From contig CAZIMB010000001.1 in NCBI GenBank assembly GCA_964540275.1, positions 27,210-91,209 on the forward strand: a DNA stretch of 64,000 nucleotides. Reading direction: 5' to 3'. How positions within the stretch are numbered: position 1 is the first letter of the stretch; the number at the start of each line of letters is the position of its first letter. The DNA is from an uncultured Nitrospirota bacterium. GTDB lineage: Bacteria > Nitrospirota > Thermodesulfovibrionia > Thermodesulfovibrionales > Dissulfurispiraceae. Both the position numbers and the translations under genes were made by a program. Of this stretch, positions 37,541-48,975 are shown piece after piece. Under the pieces are notes generated by a model. The model was given only the letters and a program-made list of their open reading frames with translations, was not told where the DNA came from and searched no databases.

Positions 37541-39109
37541 ATGAATAATAATTTTGTAATCCTGTTTCTTGTTGCTATTGCCATTGGAATTGCAATTGGT
37601 CTGACATTTGTTATTATTTATAGAAACCACCTTCTATCAAAAAAAGAAGCAATTGAGAAGGAAAGGGAAAACCTTTTAAGGGATGCCCAGAGAGAGGCAG
37701 AGGCAATAAAAAAAGAGGCTTCTATTTATGCAAAGGATCTTTCATATCAGGCAAAAGCAGAGGCAGAAAGGGAAATTAGGGAGAAGACCAAAGAGATTAA
37801 TCAGATCGAAAAAAGATTGAGGTATCGTGAGGAACAGTTAGAAAAGCGACTTGATCTGATTGAAAAAAAGGAAGCCGATCTTAACAGGAGGGAAAAGGAA
37901 ATCATTAATCGTGAACGGGGTTTGTCTGAAAAGGAAAATCAAATCGCACTGCTTATAAAGGAACAGAATGCTACATTACAAAGGATCTCTGGTTTAACAG
38001 CAGAAGAAGCAAGACAGGAATTATTTAAAAAAGTTGAAGAAGAGGCAAGATTAGATGCTGCCAGGCTTGCTAAGAAATTAGAAGACGAAGCAAGAGAAGT
38101 CGCTGAGAAAAAGGCTAAAGAAATAATCAGTTTTGCTATTCAAAGATACGCAGGTGATTATGTAGTTGATGCTACCGTGTCAGCTGTAAGTCTTCCAAAT
38201 GATGAGATGAAGGGTAGAATTATAGGTAGAGAAGGTAGAAATATAAGGGCATTTGAAGCCGCTACAGGTGTTGATCTTATTGTTGATGATACCCCTGAAT
38301 TAGTTACCTTGTCCGCATATGACCCTGTAAGAAGAGAGATAGCGAGGATAGCTTTAGAAAGATTAGTTGCAGATGGAAGGATACATCCAACAAGGATTGA
38401 AGAGGTCGTTGAAAAAGTTAAAAAAGAGGTTGATACAACGATACGCGAAGAGGGTGAAAGAGCTGTCTTTGACCTCGGGATTACTGGAATGCACCCTGAA
38501 TTGATAAAGATTGTAGGTAGACTAAAATACAGAACATCATATGGACAAAATATTCTTCAGCATTCAAAAGAAGTCGCCTATCTTGCAGGCATGATGGCTG
38601 GAGAACTTGGCGTTGATATAAAACTTGCTAAAAGGGCAGGATTATTGCATGATATAGGGAAAGCCGTAGACCATGAAATGGAAGGTTCCCATCAAGAGAT
38701 AGGATCAACCATTGCTAAAAAATATGGAGAAAACGATTATGTAATAAATGCTATAGTTGCTCACCATGGTGAAGTTGACCCCATATGCATTGAATCAGCT
38801 CTTGTTGCAGCAGCCGATGCCCTATCAGCAGCAAGACCAGGAGTTAGAAGAGAAAGTATAGAAAACTATCTTAAGAGACTCAAGAAATTAGAAGAACTTG
38901 CTATGTCCTATGACGGAGTTGACAAATGTTATGCTATTCAGGCAGGAAGAGAGATCAGAATCATTGTAAAACCTGAAAAGATAAATGATGATATTTGCGC
39001 TTTGATATCAAGAGAACTTGCCAGGAGAATAGAGTCAGAGATGACATATCCCGGGCAAATAAAGGTGACTGTTATTCGTGAATCAAGGTATGTAGATTAT
39101 GCAAAATAA
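37541..39109 (+). CDS. rny: Ribonuclease Y
   Basis: N-terminal TM anchor, long coiled coil, KH domain ([15 protein letters not shown]), HD domain (LLHDIGKA...VAHH). SD AGGAGGGA upstream. Confidence 0.93.
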   Translation: MNNNFVILFLVAIAIGIAIGLTFVIIYRNHLLSKKEAIEKERENLLRDAQREAEAIKKEASIYAKDLSYQAKAEAEREIREKTKEINQIEKRLRYREEQLEKRLDLIEKKEADLNRREKEIINRERGLSEKENQIALLIKEQNATLQRISGLTAEEARQELFKKVEEEARLDAARLAKKLEDEAREVAEKKAKEIISFAIQRYAGDYVVDATVSAVSLPNDEMKGRIIGREGRNIRAFEAATGVDLIVDDTPELVTLSAYDPVRREIARIALERLVADGRIHPTRIEEVVEKVKKEVDTTIREEGERAVFDLGITGMHPELIKIVGRLKYRTSYGQNILQHSKEVAYLAGMMAGELGVDIKLAKRAGLLHDIGKAVDHEMEGSHQEIGSTIAKKYGENDYVINAIVAHHGEVDPICIESALVAAADALSAARPGVRRESIENYLKRLKKLEELAMSYDGVDKCYAIQAGREIRIIVKPEKINDDICALISRELARRIESEMTYPGQIKVTVIRESRYVDYAK

Positions 39110-39207
39110 GGTTTATTTGTGCTTGACAATGTCTGATTACAATTAAACATGCTCCTTTGTCAGATACTTTAATTGCAATTTAGTTTTTTAATTTTAATGA
39201 TGATTAG

Positions 39208-39987
39208 ATGAGAATTTTATTTATTGGTGATATAGTCGGCAGGAATGGTAGACAGGCGGTAAAAAGTATCCTGCCAAATATTGTAAGCAGGTATAAGATA
39301 GATTTTGTTATAGCTAATGGCGAAAATGCAGCAGGAGGTTTTGGAATAACTGAAAAGGTAGCAAAAGAACTCTTTAATGAAGGCATCCATGTAATTACTA
39401 CTGGTAATCATGTCTGGGATAAAAAAGAGGCACTTTCCTATATTGTGAAAGATAATAGAATATTAAGACCAATAAATTACCCATCTGGCGTACCGGGCTA
39501 TGGTAGCATTGTTGTAACTCTATCTACTGGTAATAAAGTTGCAGTAATAAATGTATCTGGTAGAGTATTTATGAATACCCTTGAATGTCCTTTCAGAACA
39601 GCACAAAAAGAGGTAAATAGGCTAAAAGAAATCACAAATAATATTGTAATAGATTTTCATGCAGAGGCAACATCTGAAAAAATAGCCTTTGGATATTATA
39701 TGGACGGATTAGTAAGTGCTGTTGTTGGCACACATACCCATGTTCAAACAGCAGATGAAAAGATTTTGCCTAACGGCACAGCTTATATTACTGATGTTGG
39801 AATGACAGGTCCCCTTGTATCCGTTATTGGTATAGAAAAGGAGCAGATAATAGAGAGATTTCTCTTGCAAATGCCTAAAAAGTTTGATGTCGCTGGAGGT
39901 AAAGGAATATTTTCTTCTGTTATAATTGAGATTAATCAAAATGGAAAGGCAATAGGGATTCAAAGATTACAAATAACTAATCCATGA
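39208..39987 (+). CDS. ymdB: YmdB-family metallophosphoesterase (TIGR00282-like)
   Basis: MRILFIGDIVGRNGR...ANGENAAGGFGIT...GNHVWD. Conserved rny-ymdB gene pair. Confidence 0.88.
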   Translation: MRILFIGDIVGRNGRQAVKSILPNIVSRYKIDFVIANGENAAGGFGITEKVAKELFNEGIHVITTGNHVWDKKEALSYIVKDNRILRPINYPSGVPGYGSIVVTLSTGNKVAVINVSGRVFMNTLECPFRTAQKEVNRLKEITNNIVIDFHAEATSEKIAFGYYMDGLVSAVVGTHTHVQTADEKILPNGTAYITDVGMTGPLVSVIGIEKEQIIERFLLQMPKKFDVAGGKGIFSSVIIEINQNGKAIGIQRLQITNP

Positions 39988-40014
39988 TTGTTAAATTAAA
40001 AGGAGGAGTCTAAT

Positions 40015-40437
40015 ATGTTAAATGCAAAGGTTAAATGGGTTGAAGGTCTTCAATTTGTTGGAGAATCTGGTACTGGTCATGCAATTGTGATGGACGGATC
40101 TCAAGATGTGGGTGGTAAAAATACAGGCATGAGACCCATGGAATTGTTGCTTGTTGGACTTGGTGGATGCTCGGGGATGGATGTGATTTCAATTCTGGAG
40201 AAAAAAAGACAGAATGTAACAGATATTGATATTATTATAAATGGTGATAAGGCTGATACGTATCCAAAGAAATTCACTAATATAACAATTGAATTTATTG
40301 TAAAGGGAAAGGATTTATCAGAGGATGCTGTAAAAAGAGCTGTAGAGCTATCAATGGAGAAATACTGCTCTGTAAAGGCAACCTTAGAGGGGTCTGCAAA
40401 AATAAATTATAGTTATAAAATAATCAATGAATCATGA
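40015..40437 (+). CDS. OsmC-family protein
   Basis: 140 aa, PMELLLVGLGGCSGMDVISIL...KYCSV, with the two conserved OsmC cysteines. SD GGAGGAG upstream. Confidence 0.8.
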   Translation: MLNAKVKWVEGLQFVGESGTGHAIVMDGSQDVGGKNTGMRPMELLLVGLGGCSGMDVISILEKKRQNVTDIDIIINGDKADTYPKKFTNITIEFIVKGKDLSEDAVKRAVELSMEKYCSVKATLEGSAKINYSYKIINES

Positions 40438-41680
40438 CCTCTACCTTTTCCCCTTCATTAATTCCAAGCACATCACATGGTATTATCACTATTCCATCAG
40501 CCTTAACAAGGGTGGTTATTAATCCAGACTTGCCTAAAATAGGTGTTGCAAGCAATTCATTATCCCTTTTTTCCAGATAGACCCTTATATGGTCTTCTCT
40601 TCCTGCAGAAGAGGCTATACTCTTTGTTAGTCGAGCAGTAACCTTCTTTAAAAAATTTTTTTCAGAAACAATTCCCATAAGTTTCTCGATTATTGGTCTT
40701 ACAAATCGGTTAAAACATACAATAACAGCTGCAGGATGTCCTGGAAGTCCAAGGATAGGTTTATTACTTATGACCCCCCCTATAATAGGTTTGCCGGGCT
40801 TCATTGCAACACCATGGAAAAGCACCCCTGGTTTACCAATATCATTTATAATATCTGCTGTCATATCTTTATTACCTGCTGATGTACCACCGCTTATAAG
40901 GATGATATCTGAATCTTCAAGGGAGTTTAAAATAGCTGTCTTTATCTCATTATAATCATCTCTAAATATACCTCTATTTATTGGTACAGAACCTGTTTCT
41001 CTTATCAATCCAGTAAGTGTATAGGAATTAATATCCCTTATCTGACCAATCTTTACCGGACTATCAACGGGGACTATCTCATCCCCAGTTGATATTATAG
41101 ATATAAAGACCTTTCTATAAACATCTATTTCTTTTATACCTATTCCAGCTAATGCCCCAATATCCTGATACCTTAATTTATGACCTTTTGAGAGTACCTT
41201 TTCACCCCTTTTAATATCTTCTCCTTTCTGAATAACATTTTCAAATGGTGCAACAGATTTGAGAATCTCTATAGTATACTTATCAACTAATTGTATATCT
41301 TCAAGCATTACAACGGCATCAGCACCTGGAGGTAGCATGCCACCTGTAGGGATACTTGCAGCCTCTCCTCTCATTAATGTAAAATTAGCCTCATATCCCA
41401 TAAGAATTTCATTTTTAATTGTTAGGTAGATAGGTGATGACTCTTTAGCCCCAAATGTGTCTAATGAATTAACTGCATAGCCGTCAACTGTTGATCGGGT
41501 AAAGGCTGGAAGGTCCTCAGGAGATATAATATCAGAACTTGTTACCCTACCATAACATTCGTGTAAATTTAATCTCTCTGAGGTAACACCATTAGGTATT
41601 AAAGAGAGGATCTTTTCTAAGGCATCCGAAGGAAAAAGATAGCTTTTATCAAGCATTTTAATATATTCTGCTATAAACAA
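40424..41680 (-). CDS. moeA: Molybdopterin molybdotransferase MoeA
   Basis: 418 aa, VDGYAV, ISTGDEI, ISGGTSAGNKD, VAMKPGKP motifs. The 3' end overlaps the convergent OsmC gene by 14 nt. Confidence 0.88.
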   Translation of the reverse strand: MFIAEYIKMLDKSYLFPSDALEKILSLIPNGVTSERLNLHECYGRVTSSDIISPEDLPAFTRSTVDGYAVNSLDTFGAKESSPIYLTIKNEILMGYEANFTLMRGEAASIPTGGMLPPGADAVVMLEDIQLVDKYTIEILKSVAPFENVIQKGEDIKRGEKVLSKGHKLRYQDIGALAGIGIKEIDVYRKVFISIISTGDEIVPVDSPVKIGQIRDINSYTLTGLIRETGSVPINRGIFRDDYNEIKTAILNSLEDSDIILISGGTSAGNKDMTADIINDIGKPGVLFHGVAMKPGKPIIGGVISNKPILGLPGHPAAVIVCFNRFVRPIIEKLMGIVSEKNFLKKVTARLTKSIASSAGREDHIRVYLEKRDNELLATPILGKSGLITTLVKADGIVIIPCDVLGINEGEKVEVMIH

Positions 41681-41685
41681 GAAAA

Positions 41686-42369
41686 CTATAAAGGTCTCTT
41701 TTTTAGGACAGATGAATTTTCACCATTTTGAAAAAAATCAATGATTCTTGCAATGGACTCATTATGAAGGTCAGAAATATAATTTTTATCCACACCTCTT
41801 TCTCTTTTCTTATTAAAGATAGATAAGGCAACCATGCTTTTGTATATCCTCTTATTTGTATTAAAGGAAAAGATGAAGCTATCAAGCCTACCCTCAAGAA
41901 ATCTGTCATTCCTTAATTGGACATTTCTGCTAATCGTCACAGATTGTAGCCAATAATATTTATTAATAATACTATCTGCCTTAAGTTCAATCCATGTATG
42001 AACAATATCGTGTTTATCTTCTGTTAAGGCCTCATGTGCAACTGTATCAGAGGCAAGATGGCTTAAATACCCATATACAAAAGCCTTTTCTGACGTCTTT
42101 TTTGCCTGCCTGAGAAGTTTCAGTCCCATTTCCCAGCTATGGGAGTTTTTTTCATTAAGCATATACTTTTTACCTAATATCATATCTGCCATTAAATTGC
42201 CATAAATAAAATCCTGCCTGCATTGTCTCAGGATTGTCATGATGCCTGCTGGTATTAATGAGGCATATGAAAATATCTCGCTTCCAAGATATACATGGGT
42301 TATAGGTCCCCATGCAAAAGAAATAGAGGGAATAAATATAAATCCAAAGATTGATAATAAAAAGATCAT
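41686..42369 (-). CDS. Zinc-dependent phospholipase C-like family protein
   Basis: Signal/anchor then AWGPITHVYLG, with further His-rich positions (YLSHLASDTVAHE). The pattern matches the Zn_dep_PLPC-like family. Confidence 0.55.
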   Translation of the reverse strand: MIFLLSIFGFIFIPSISFAWGPITHVYLGSEIFSYASLIPAGIMTILRQCRQDFIYGNLMADMILGKKYMLNEKNSHSWEMGLKLLRQAKKTSEKAFVYGYLSHLASDTVAHEALTEDKHDIVHTWIELKADSIINKYYWLQSVTISRNVQLRNDRFLEGRLDSFIFSFNTNKRIYKSMVALSIFNKKRERGVDKNYISDLHNESIARIIDFFQNGENSSVLKKRPL

Positions 42370-43838
42370 GATTGTAATTCCTTTAAAAAATTAAGTAACA
42401 ACCTTACACCTACCCCAGTTGCGCCTTTTGGTTGATAAGGTCTATCTTTATCAGTCCAAGCCGTGCTTGCTATATCAAGATGAACCCATGGTGTATCTCC
42501 TACAAATTCCTTTAAAAAGTATCCAGCGGTAACCAGAGAACCATTCTTACCACCACTGTTTTTTATATCAGCTATGTCACTTTTAAGGTAATCCTTATAT
42601 TCATCATAAAGAGGCATCTGCCAAACCCTTTCATAGGTCTCTTCTGAGGCCTTTTTAAAAGTCTTCATTAAAAATGGATCATTGCCCATCATTGCAATAG
42701 CCTCATTGCCTAAGGCAATGGAACAAGCTCCAGTAAGGGTAGCTATATCAATTATAGCCCTCGGTTTATAGTATTTTAAAGCATATTCAATCGCATCTGC
42801 AAGTATAAGTCTTCCTTCGGCATCTGTATTAATAATCTCAATGGTCTTTCCACTTAAACTTTTTACAACATCACCAGGCCTTGTTGCATTTCCACCTGGA
42901 AGATTTTCTGTTGCAGGAAGAATTCCTATAATGTTCATGTTAAATTTTAATTGTGATACTGCCTTAATAATAGATAATACCACTGCACCACCTGCCATAT
43001 CATATTTCATCTTTTCCATCCCATCAGATGGCTTCAATGAAATGCCACCGCTGTCAAATGTTATTGACTTGCCTATTAGTACAATTGGACTTCCCACGCC
43101 TCCTTTATACTCCAAAACGATAAAATTTACTGGCTCTTTGCTACCCTTAGAGACAGCAAGAAGGGCCCCCATGCCCTCTTTTTCTATATCCCTTTTTTCT
43201 AATATCTTTAACTTTACCCTCTTATGAGAGATTGACTCTGCAACCTTTGACATCAAATTTGGTGTCATGTCATTGGCTGGTGTATTGACAAGGTCCCTTG
43301 CAAGATAAACACTTTCTATAGAGGATTTTAACCAATTTAGGGGAAGTTCTTTGTTTTCGCTCAAGATGTTTATTGTTTTTATTGTGTTCCCGTTTTCAGA
43401 TTTTTTGTATCTTTCAAATTTGTAAGTACCTAAAAGCCCTCCCTCTAATAGATAAAAAATAGGTCTTTGAATATATGGAAAGTTAATATTTAAGTTATCA
43501 AATATCCTACTGGATACAGATACCTCTTTAACATTGATGGCTTTTAAGTATGAAAAGGTCTTTCCACCTGCCTGCCGTATTTTTTCTGCAGTCAACTCCT
43601 TGACTTTACCAAGGCCAAGTAGTAATAATCTTTCAGCATTTATATTAATTGCATGAATATTACAAATCTCATTATGTTTACCATTAAACTCCTTACTTCG
43701 AATAACCCTTTTTATTAACCCTCCAATTAAGGAGTCTATATGGGAATAAAAGTCCTTCTTATCATCTTCAAAAAAAGGAAGGATTAATGCCTCTGTCTTT
43801 GCCTCAATCTCTGAAATATCATTGATATATATATTCAT
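42366..43838 (-). CDS. pepA: Leucyl aminopeptidase (M17)
   Basis: M17 signature NTDAEGRLILADA; VGKSITFDSGGISLKP. Confidence 0.92.
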   Translation of the reverse strand: MNIYINDISEIEAKTEALILPFFEDDKKDFYSHIDSLIGGLIKRVIRSKEFNGKHNEICNIHAININAERLLLLGLGKVKELTAEKIRQAGGKTFSYLKAINVKEVSVSSRIFDNLNINFPYIQRPIFYLLEGGLLGTYKFERYKKSENGNTIKTINILSENKELPLNWLKSSIESVYLARDLVNTPANDMTPNLMSKVAESISHKRVKLKILEKRDIEKEGMGALLAVSKGSKEPVNFIVLEYKGGVGSPIVLIGKSITFDSGGISLKPSDGMEKMKYDMAGGAVVLSIIKAVSQLKFNMNIIGILPATENLPGGNATRPGDVVKSLSGKTIEIINTDAEGRLILADAIEYALKYYKPRAIIDIATLTGACSIALGNEAIAMMGNDPFLMKTFKKASEETYERVWQMPLYDEYKDYLKSDIADIKNSGGKNGSLVTAGYFLKEFVGDTPWVHLDIASTAWTDKDRPYQPKGATGVGVRLLLNFLKELQS

Positions 43839-43845
43839 GGAGATA

Positions 43846-44415
43846 TTATTGGTTCAACTTAGGGCGATTGAAGATATTCATTGCCTTATCAACATTGTCT
43901 TTTACTATACAAAAAACAGCTTGAACCCCTTTAATTATAGTCTCATTGATTATGTCCTTCTCATCTGGTCTAAAATCGCTTAATACATATTTTTCAACAG
44001 GTATATCTGGATCTCTACCAATTCCTATCTTAATTCTGATAAAATTCTTAGTTCCTATTTCCTGAATTATTGATTCAACACCTTTATGCCCACCAGAGGA
44101 ACCATTTTTTTTAATTTTTATAACCCCAACTGCTAAATCAAGGTCATCATGAATTACTATTAATTTATTAGGTTCAACATCAAATTTACCCAATATTTTA
44201 TTGACAACTATGCCACTTTTATTCATAAAAAGAAATGGTTTTAAAAGTATAATCTCTTCTCCATCTATAGGTCCCTTACCAATTATATACGTGGATTTTT
44301 TTTCTAATGGTATATTTGTTTCTTTAGAAATCTGATCAATTACCTTAAATCCTATATTATGACGAGTATTAGCATATTTGCTACCTGGATTCCCTAACCC
44401 TGCAATTACCCACAT
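43846..44415 (-). CDS. pth: Peptidyl-tRNA hydrolase
   Basis: MWVIAGLGNPGSKYANTRHNIGF...GSSGGHKG. Confidence 0.93.
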   Translation of the reverse strand: MWVIAGLGNPGSKYANTRHNIGFKVIDQISKETNIPLEKKSTYIIGKGPIDGEEIILLKPFLFMNKSGIVVNKILGKFDVEPNKLIVIHDDLDLAVGVIKIKKNGSSGGHKGVESIIQEIGTKNFIRIKIGIGRDPDIPVEKYVLSDFRPDEKDIINETIIKGVQAVFCIVKDNVDKAMNIFNRPKLNQ

Positions 44416-44423
44416 GAAATTAT

Positions 44424-45056
44424 TTATTTTTCTTCCGTCTTCTTACCTTTCTTTATAACCTCAGGCTCTACAATCTCCGTTGGGGCAGCAGTTACAACCT
44501 CCTCTTTAGCAGATGTTACAGTGGCAATAACCTCATCTGGTGGGGTAATAATTTTAATTCCCTCTCCAAGCTTAAGGTCACTAACATGAATTGATTGGCC
44601 TATCCCTAAGCCTGAAACATCTACATCTATATGTCCTGGTATCTTATCAGGCAGACACTGTATCTCTATTTCCCTAAGGCCATATTGTAGAAGGCCTCCA
44701 TCCCTTTTAACGCCTATTGGCTCGCCTTTTATTAAGACATGAACCATTATCTTAATAGGCTCTGTAGAGGATATCTCCTGAAAATCAACATGCAGTAAAT
44801 TCCCCTTTACAGGATCAATCTGATAATCTTTGACAATAGCTTGTCTTTCTTCATCTCTAAACTTTAAATTTACTATAACCTGCTCACCTGCTGTTTTATT
44901 GATGAATTTTGATATTTCCTTGCTTGACAATTGCACAGGAATTGAATTACCACCTTTATAAAGTACAGCAGGGGTGATCCCTTTTCTCCTTAATGAACGT
45001 GCAATACCCTTGCCTGTTTTCTCCCTTTTCTGTACTTCTAAAGTTACTCTTTCCAT
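44424..45056 (-). CDS. rplY: 50S ribosomal protein L25 / general stress protein Ctc (long form)
   Basis: ARSLRRKGITPAVLYKGG...; 210 aa with an acidic/lysine-rich tail. Confidence 0.9.
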   Translation of the reverse strand: MERVTLEVQKREKTGKGIARSLRRKGITPAVLYKGGNSIPVQLSSKEISKFINKTAGEQVIVNLKFRDEERQAIVKDYQIDPVKGNLLHVDFQEISSTEPIKIMVHVLIKGEPIGVKRDGGLLQYGLREIEIQCLPDKIPGHIDVDVSGLGIGQSIHVSDLKLGEGIKIITPPDEVIATVTSAKEEVVTAAPTEIVEPEVIKKGKKTEEK

Positions 45057-45090
45057 GTTTCCTCCATATAAATTTTAAAAGTATTTTATT

Positions 45091-46032
45091 TTATACAAAC
45101 AGTGAGCTTACTGATGCCTCCTCATGAATCCTTTTTATTGCCTCTGCCAAAAGAGAAGAGATGCTCAATACCTTTAATTTATTACAGATATTTAATTTAT
45201 CATCCAGTGGGATTGTATCTGTTGTTATGACCTCTTCAAGAACAGAGTTGTTTATCCTTTCAATAGCAGGTCCTGAAAGGACTGCATGTGTACATGCTGC
45301 GAATACCCTCCTTGCACCGTTATCTTTTAATGCTTGTGCTGCCTGAGTTGTTGTGCCAGCTGTGTCTATCATATCATCAAGAATTATAGTATCTTTATCT
45401 TTTACATTTCCAATTACATTCATGACCTTAGATACATTTGCAGCCTCACGTCTTTTATCAATAATAGCAAGTGAGGCATCCAGCCTTTTTGCAAAGGCCC
45501 TTGCCCTTTCAACACCTCCAGCATCTGGAGATACTATTACAAGATCGGAATAGGAGCATTTTTTTATATATTCAAGCAGTACAGGTGCAGCATATAAATG
45601 ATCAACAGGTATATTAAAAAAACCCTGTATCTGAGCAGCATGGAGATCTATTGTTAAAACTCTATGCGTGCCTGCTGCTGTAAGCAGGTCTGCTACAAGT
45701 TTTGAAGATATAGGAACCCTTGGTTGCACCTTTCTATCCTGTCTTGCATAACCATAGTAAGGGATTACTGCGGTTATTCTCCTTGCAGATGCCCTCTTAA
45801 GGGCATCTATAATTAACAACAATTCCATTATATTATGATTAATAGGCGTACAAGTAGGCTGTATAACAAAAACATCTGCACCTCTGATATTTTCATTAAT
45901 CTGGACAGCTATTTCTCCGTCACTGAATGTAGATACAGTTGCATCTGTAAGTGGGATACCAATCTTCTCGCTAACTTTAACAGCGAGCGGCCTATTAGCA
46001 TTTCCAGTGATAAGTTTAATTCCGTCAGGCAT
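45091..46032 (-). CDS. prs: Ribose-phosphate pyrophosphokinase
   Basis: Start set at [10 protein letters not shown] because GGGAGGT lies 4 nt upstream. [11 protein letters not shown] and [12 protein letters not shown] motifs. Confidence 0.93.
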   Translation of the reverse strand: MPDGIKLITGNANRPLAVKVSEKIGIPLTDATVSTFSDGEIAVQINENIRGADVFVIQPTCTPINHNIMELLLIIDALKRASARRITAVIPYYGYARQDRKVQPRVPISSKLVADLLTAAGTHRVLTIDLHAAQIQGFFNIPVDHLYAAPVLLEYIKKCSYSDLVIVSPDAGGVERARAFAKRLDASLAIIDKRREAANVSKVMNVIGNVKDKDTIILDDMIDTAGTTTQAAQALKDNGARRVFAACTHAVLSGPAIERINNSVLEEVITTDTIPLDDKLNICNKLKVLSISSLLAEAIKRIHEEASVSSLFV

Positions 46033-46067
46033 TTTACCTCCCACCTGTTTAAATTATTTCATTTTTA

Positions 46068-46139
46068 CTGGGGCGCCAGGATTCGAACCTGGGAATGGCA
46101 GATCCAAAATCTGCTGACTTACCGCTTGTCGACGCCCCA
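46068..46139 (-). tRNA. tRNA-Gln (anticodon UUG); CCA not encoded
   Basis: The minus-strand sequence is TGGGGCGTCGACAAGCGGTAAGTCAGCAGATTTTGGATCTGCCATTCCCAGGTTCGAATCCTGGCGCCCCAG. It has a 7-bp acceptor stem, a GCAGA/TCTGC anticodon stem with loop TTTTGGA, and a T-arm CCAGG-TTCGAAT-CCTGG. It is close to E. coli tRNA-Gln. Confidence 0.92.
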
Positions 46140-46199
46140 AAAATGTTTAATGAATAATGGTTAGTACACCCTAAAATCTTTTTTAAATCTTATTATTTA

Positions 46200-47069
46200 C
46201 TATTCGGCAATAGTCAACACCACCGAATTCCAGTAGGATGAAAAGATTTTTGATGCACTTAAGGCCTTCTCCTTATTATCAAAAAGACCGAAGACTGTAG
46301 AACCACTACCACTCATCAAAGCAAATGCAGCTCCTGCTTGCATCATTTTTATTTTAATATCTGAGATAATAGGATATTTTTTTGTTACAACAGATTCAAA
46401 ATCATTCTTAATAAGCGACTTCATAGTCGCTATATCCCCTGTTTTAAGGGCATTATATATTAACTTGATATTATTAATATTATCTACTGTTTTTGTCAAT
46501 TCTATATCTTTATATACAAAACCTTTTGAACTAATTTCCCTATATGCCCAAGCAGTTGATATGGAGATAAACGGTTTTACCAATAATAATATATACGATT
46601 TTTTTATATGCAGGGGTGTTAGGATATCTCCCTTTCCTTCAACTATTGCCATTGGACAATGAAAAAAAAATGGCACATCAGAGCCGATCATGGTGCTTAA
46701 TTTTATTAATTCACTATTGTTTAATTTGAGGTCCCATAATTGGTTCAGCCCCATAAGTGTATAAGCTGCGTTACTACTTCCTCCCCCAAGGCCTGCACCA
46801 ATAGGTATTTTTTTTTCAAGGGTTATTTTTACCCCACTTTTTATACAAGTATATTCCTGTAATACCTTAACTGCCTTTAATATAATGTTTTCATCAGCAT
46901 TTATCTTAATGTTGCTAAAAAGCTCAATTTTATCTGAGTTTTCAAAAATTAAGCTATCATACAAATCTATGCATTGCATCAGAGAGATTATATTATGATA
47001 ACCATCATACCTTCTGTTAAGGACATAAAGGGACCAATTAATTTTGGCAGGTGATTTTAATGTGATCAT
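46200..47069 (-). CDS. ispE: 4-diphosphocytidyl-2-C-methyl-D-erythritol kinase
   Basis: PAKINWSLYV...; GHMP kinase motif PIGAGLGGGSSNAA. Confidence 0.9.
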   Translation of the reverse strand: MITLKSPAKINWSLYVLNRRYDGYHNIISLMQCIDLYDSLIFENSDKIELFSNIKINADENIILKAVKVLQEYTCIKSGVKITLEKKIPIGAGLGGGSSNAAYTLMGLNQLWDLKLNNSELIKLSTMIGSDVPFFFHCPMAIVEGKGDILTPLHIKKSYILLLVKPFISISTAWAYREISSKGFVYKDIELTKTVDNINNIKLIYNALKTGDIATMKSLIKNDFESVVTKKYPIISDIKIKMMQAGAAFALMSGSGSTVFGLFDNKEKALSASKIFSSYWNSVVLTIAE

Positions 47070-47085
47070 GATTATATTGTAAGAA

Positions 47086-48858
47086 TTAATCCTTAGCCTT
47101 AGTTTTTAAATCCCTAATTTTTAGCTCTACTCTCTCTTTGAGGCCTTCTTCCTTTTCATGAAATTTTAATGCCTCATTCCATGCTTTTATTGCTTCATCA
47201 ATATTACCTAATTTCTCATATACATCACCTAAATGCTCATAAATAACTGGATCATCTTTCACATATTCTATTGCCCTTTTAAGTGTTTTAAGGGCCTCAT
47301 CAAGTCTATTAAGCCTGAAGTATACCCACCCGAGGCTGTCAATTATATAACCACTATTCGGCTTTAGTTCAATTGCCCTTTCTATAAGATGCAATGCCTC
47401 CATTAGGTTAATATTCCTATCAGCATAGGAATAGCCAAGATAGTTTAATGAATCAGCATTATTAGGGTTAATCTCAATTGCTCTTTCTAAGGCATTGACC
47501 ATATCATTAAATCTATCAGTCTTGTCATATACAATGGCAATTATAAAATATAATTCATCATTGTCTGGGAAACGAAAAAGGGCGTCTATTAGAATATCTT
47601 CTGCTTTTGCATATTCCTTCATTTGTATATATGTGTTTGCAAGATATGCATAGATTTCGGGCTTTTCTTTCTCAAAGGTCAATATTTCTTCATAAATATT
47701 AACAGCATCACTATAAAGCTTCTGAACTGAATATATAGAGGCCATAGAAAGAAAGGCATTTATATTTTTCGGATCAATTGATAATATCTTTTTTAATTCA
47801 TCTATTGCCTCATTATACCTTTTTAATCCTTCCAATGAAAGGGCAAGATAATATCTCACTGCTATATCATCAGGCTTTGCCTCAAGTATTAATCTAAATG
47901 CATAAACAGACTTTTCATATTGCCTTTCTTGTAAATATAAAAAGCCTAATCTCTGATATATATCCAGATTTTTAGGAATAATTTTTAAAAGTTCTTCTAA
48001 CTCACCAATGGCCTTATCATAAGATTTCTCTGTTATATATAGTTGGGTGAGTCTTTCCCTAGCAAAGAGATTATAGGGATTAATTCTCAAAGCTGTTTTA
48101 TAATAGCCTTCCGCAGAAATCAAATCCCTTTTTGTCTCGCTAATAATACCAAGATTTGTGTAAGCAGCATCAAAATTTTGATTTATAGATATAATTTTTA
48201 AAAATATCTCTTCAGCCTTTGTATATTCCTTTTTTTCTAAATTAATAGAGCCGATATAATAAAGAGCCATTGAATTTTCAGGTTCCATTTCTATAATTTT
48301 TTCAAGGAGTTCTAATGATCTATTATAATCGCCAACAGTGGCATATAAAATTGCAAGCATTAGGGCATGATCTGTCTTTTCAGGTTCTAATTTTATAAGC
48401 CTTTCATATATCTCTATAGAATTTTTTATCCTTTTTTTTGAGTTATATAGCTCAGCCAAAAGTGACAGAGCAGGTGCATAATTAGGATCAGAAACAATTA
48501 TTTCCTCTAATACTGGTATTGCCTCATCAATCCTTCCAAGCCTAACCAGCATCTGGGCAAATTTTTTCTTTAGATATAGAGAATCTGGATCTAATGCTAA
48601 TGCCTTTGAATAACGATTTAAAGCCTCTTCCCATTTAGCAGTTATCTCTGCTTCATACCCAAGTAAAAATTCAAGATAGGCATCTCTTTCAGAATTTTGT
48701 GAGAGGGAAGTGGTATCTATCTCTCTTAATTCAGTCAATCCATTAGTAAAAATGATAAAGTCGCTGGCTTTAAGATTTGTAGAATATGAGACCATTAGAA
48801 GATATAAAAAAATAGTTAAAGTGATAAATAAGGTTTTTTTTTGTAAATTTAAAAGCAT
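47086..48858 (-). CDS. Tetratricopeptide-repeat protein with N-terminal signal/anchor
   Basis: 590 aa. About 15 consecutive 34-residue TPR units (..A...Y..AL..DP.N..A...LG..Y..). Hydrophobic N-terminus. Confidence 0.8.
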   Translation of the reverse strand: MLLNLQKKTLFITLTIFLYLLMVSYSTNLKASDFIIFTNGLTELREIDTTSLSQNSERDAYLEFLLGYEAEITAKWEEALNRYSKALALDPDSLYLKKKFAQMLVRLGRIDEAIPVLEEIIVSDPNYAPALSLLAELYNSKKRIKNSIEIYERLIKLEPEKTDHALMLAILYATVGDYNRSLELLEKIIEMEPENSMALYYIGSINLEKKEYTKAEEIFLKIISINQNFDAAYTNLGIISETKRDLISAEGYYKTALRINPYNLFARERLTQLYITEKSYDKAIGELEELLKIIPKNLDIYQRLGFLYLQERQYEKSVYAFRLILEAKPDDIAVRYYLALSLEGLKRYNEAIDELKKILSIDPKNINAFLSMASIYSVQKLYSDAVNIYEEILTFEKEKPEIYAYLANTYIQMKEYAKAEDILIDALFRFPDNDELYFIIAIVYDKTDRFNDMVNALERAIEINPNNADSLNYLGYSYADRNINLMEALHLIERAIELKPNSGYIIDSLGWVYFRLNRLDEALKTLKRAIEYVKDDPVIYEHLGDVYEKLGNIDEAIKAWNEALKFHEKEEGLKERVELKIRDLKTKAKD

Positions 48859-48921
48859 AACTTATTATCACATATATAAGTTAAAAACTAAAAGGTAATT
48901 TGAACATTTTTCTTTTCTATG

Positions 48922-48950
48922 AAAAAAAGGAGGCAATCTGCCTCCTTTTT
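48922..48950 (-). terminator. Rho-independent terminator closing the rSAM/peptide operon
   Basis: Stem GGAGGCA (48929-48935) / TGCCTCC (48939-48945), 3-nt loop. On the minus strand T7 follows it (plus-strand A7 at 48922-48928). On the plus strand T5 follows it, so it could act in both directions. Confidence 0.8.
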
Positions 48951-48975
48951 CATATTGTATTATTGTCATAATTTT

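Noticed and set aside
41786-41794. A perfect DnaA-box consensus TTATCCACA.
   Set aside because: It is a single isolated box inside the coding sequence of the phospholipase-C-like gene. There is no cluster of boxes, AT-rich unwinding element or dnaA/dnaN neighbourhood, so it is not an origin.
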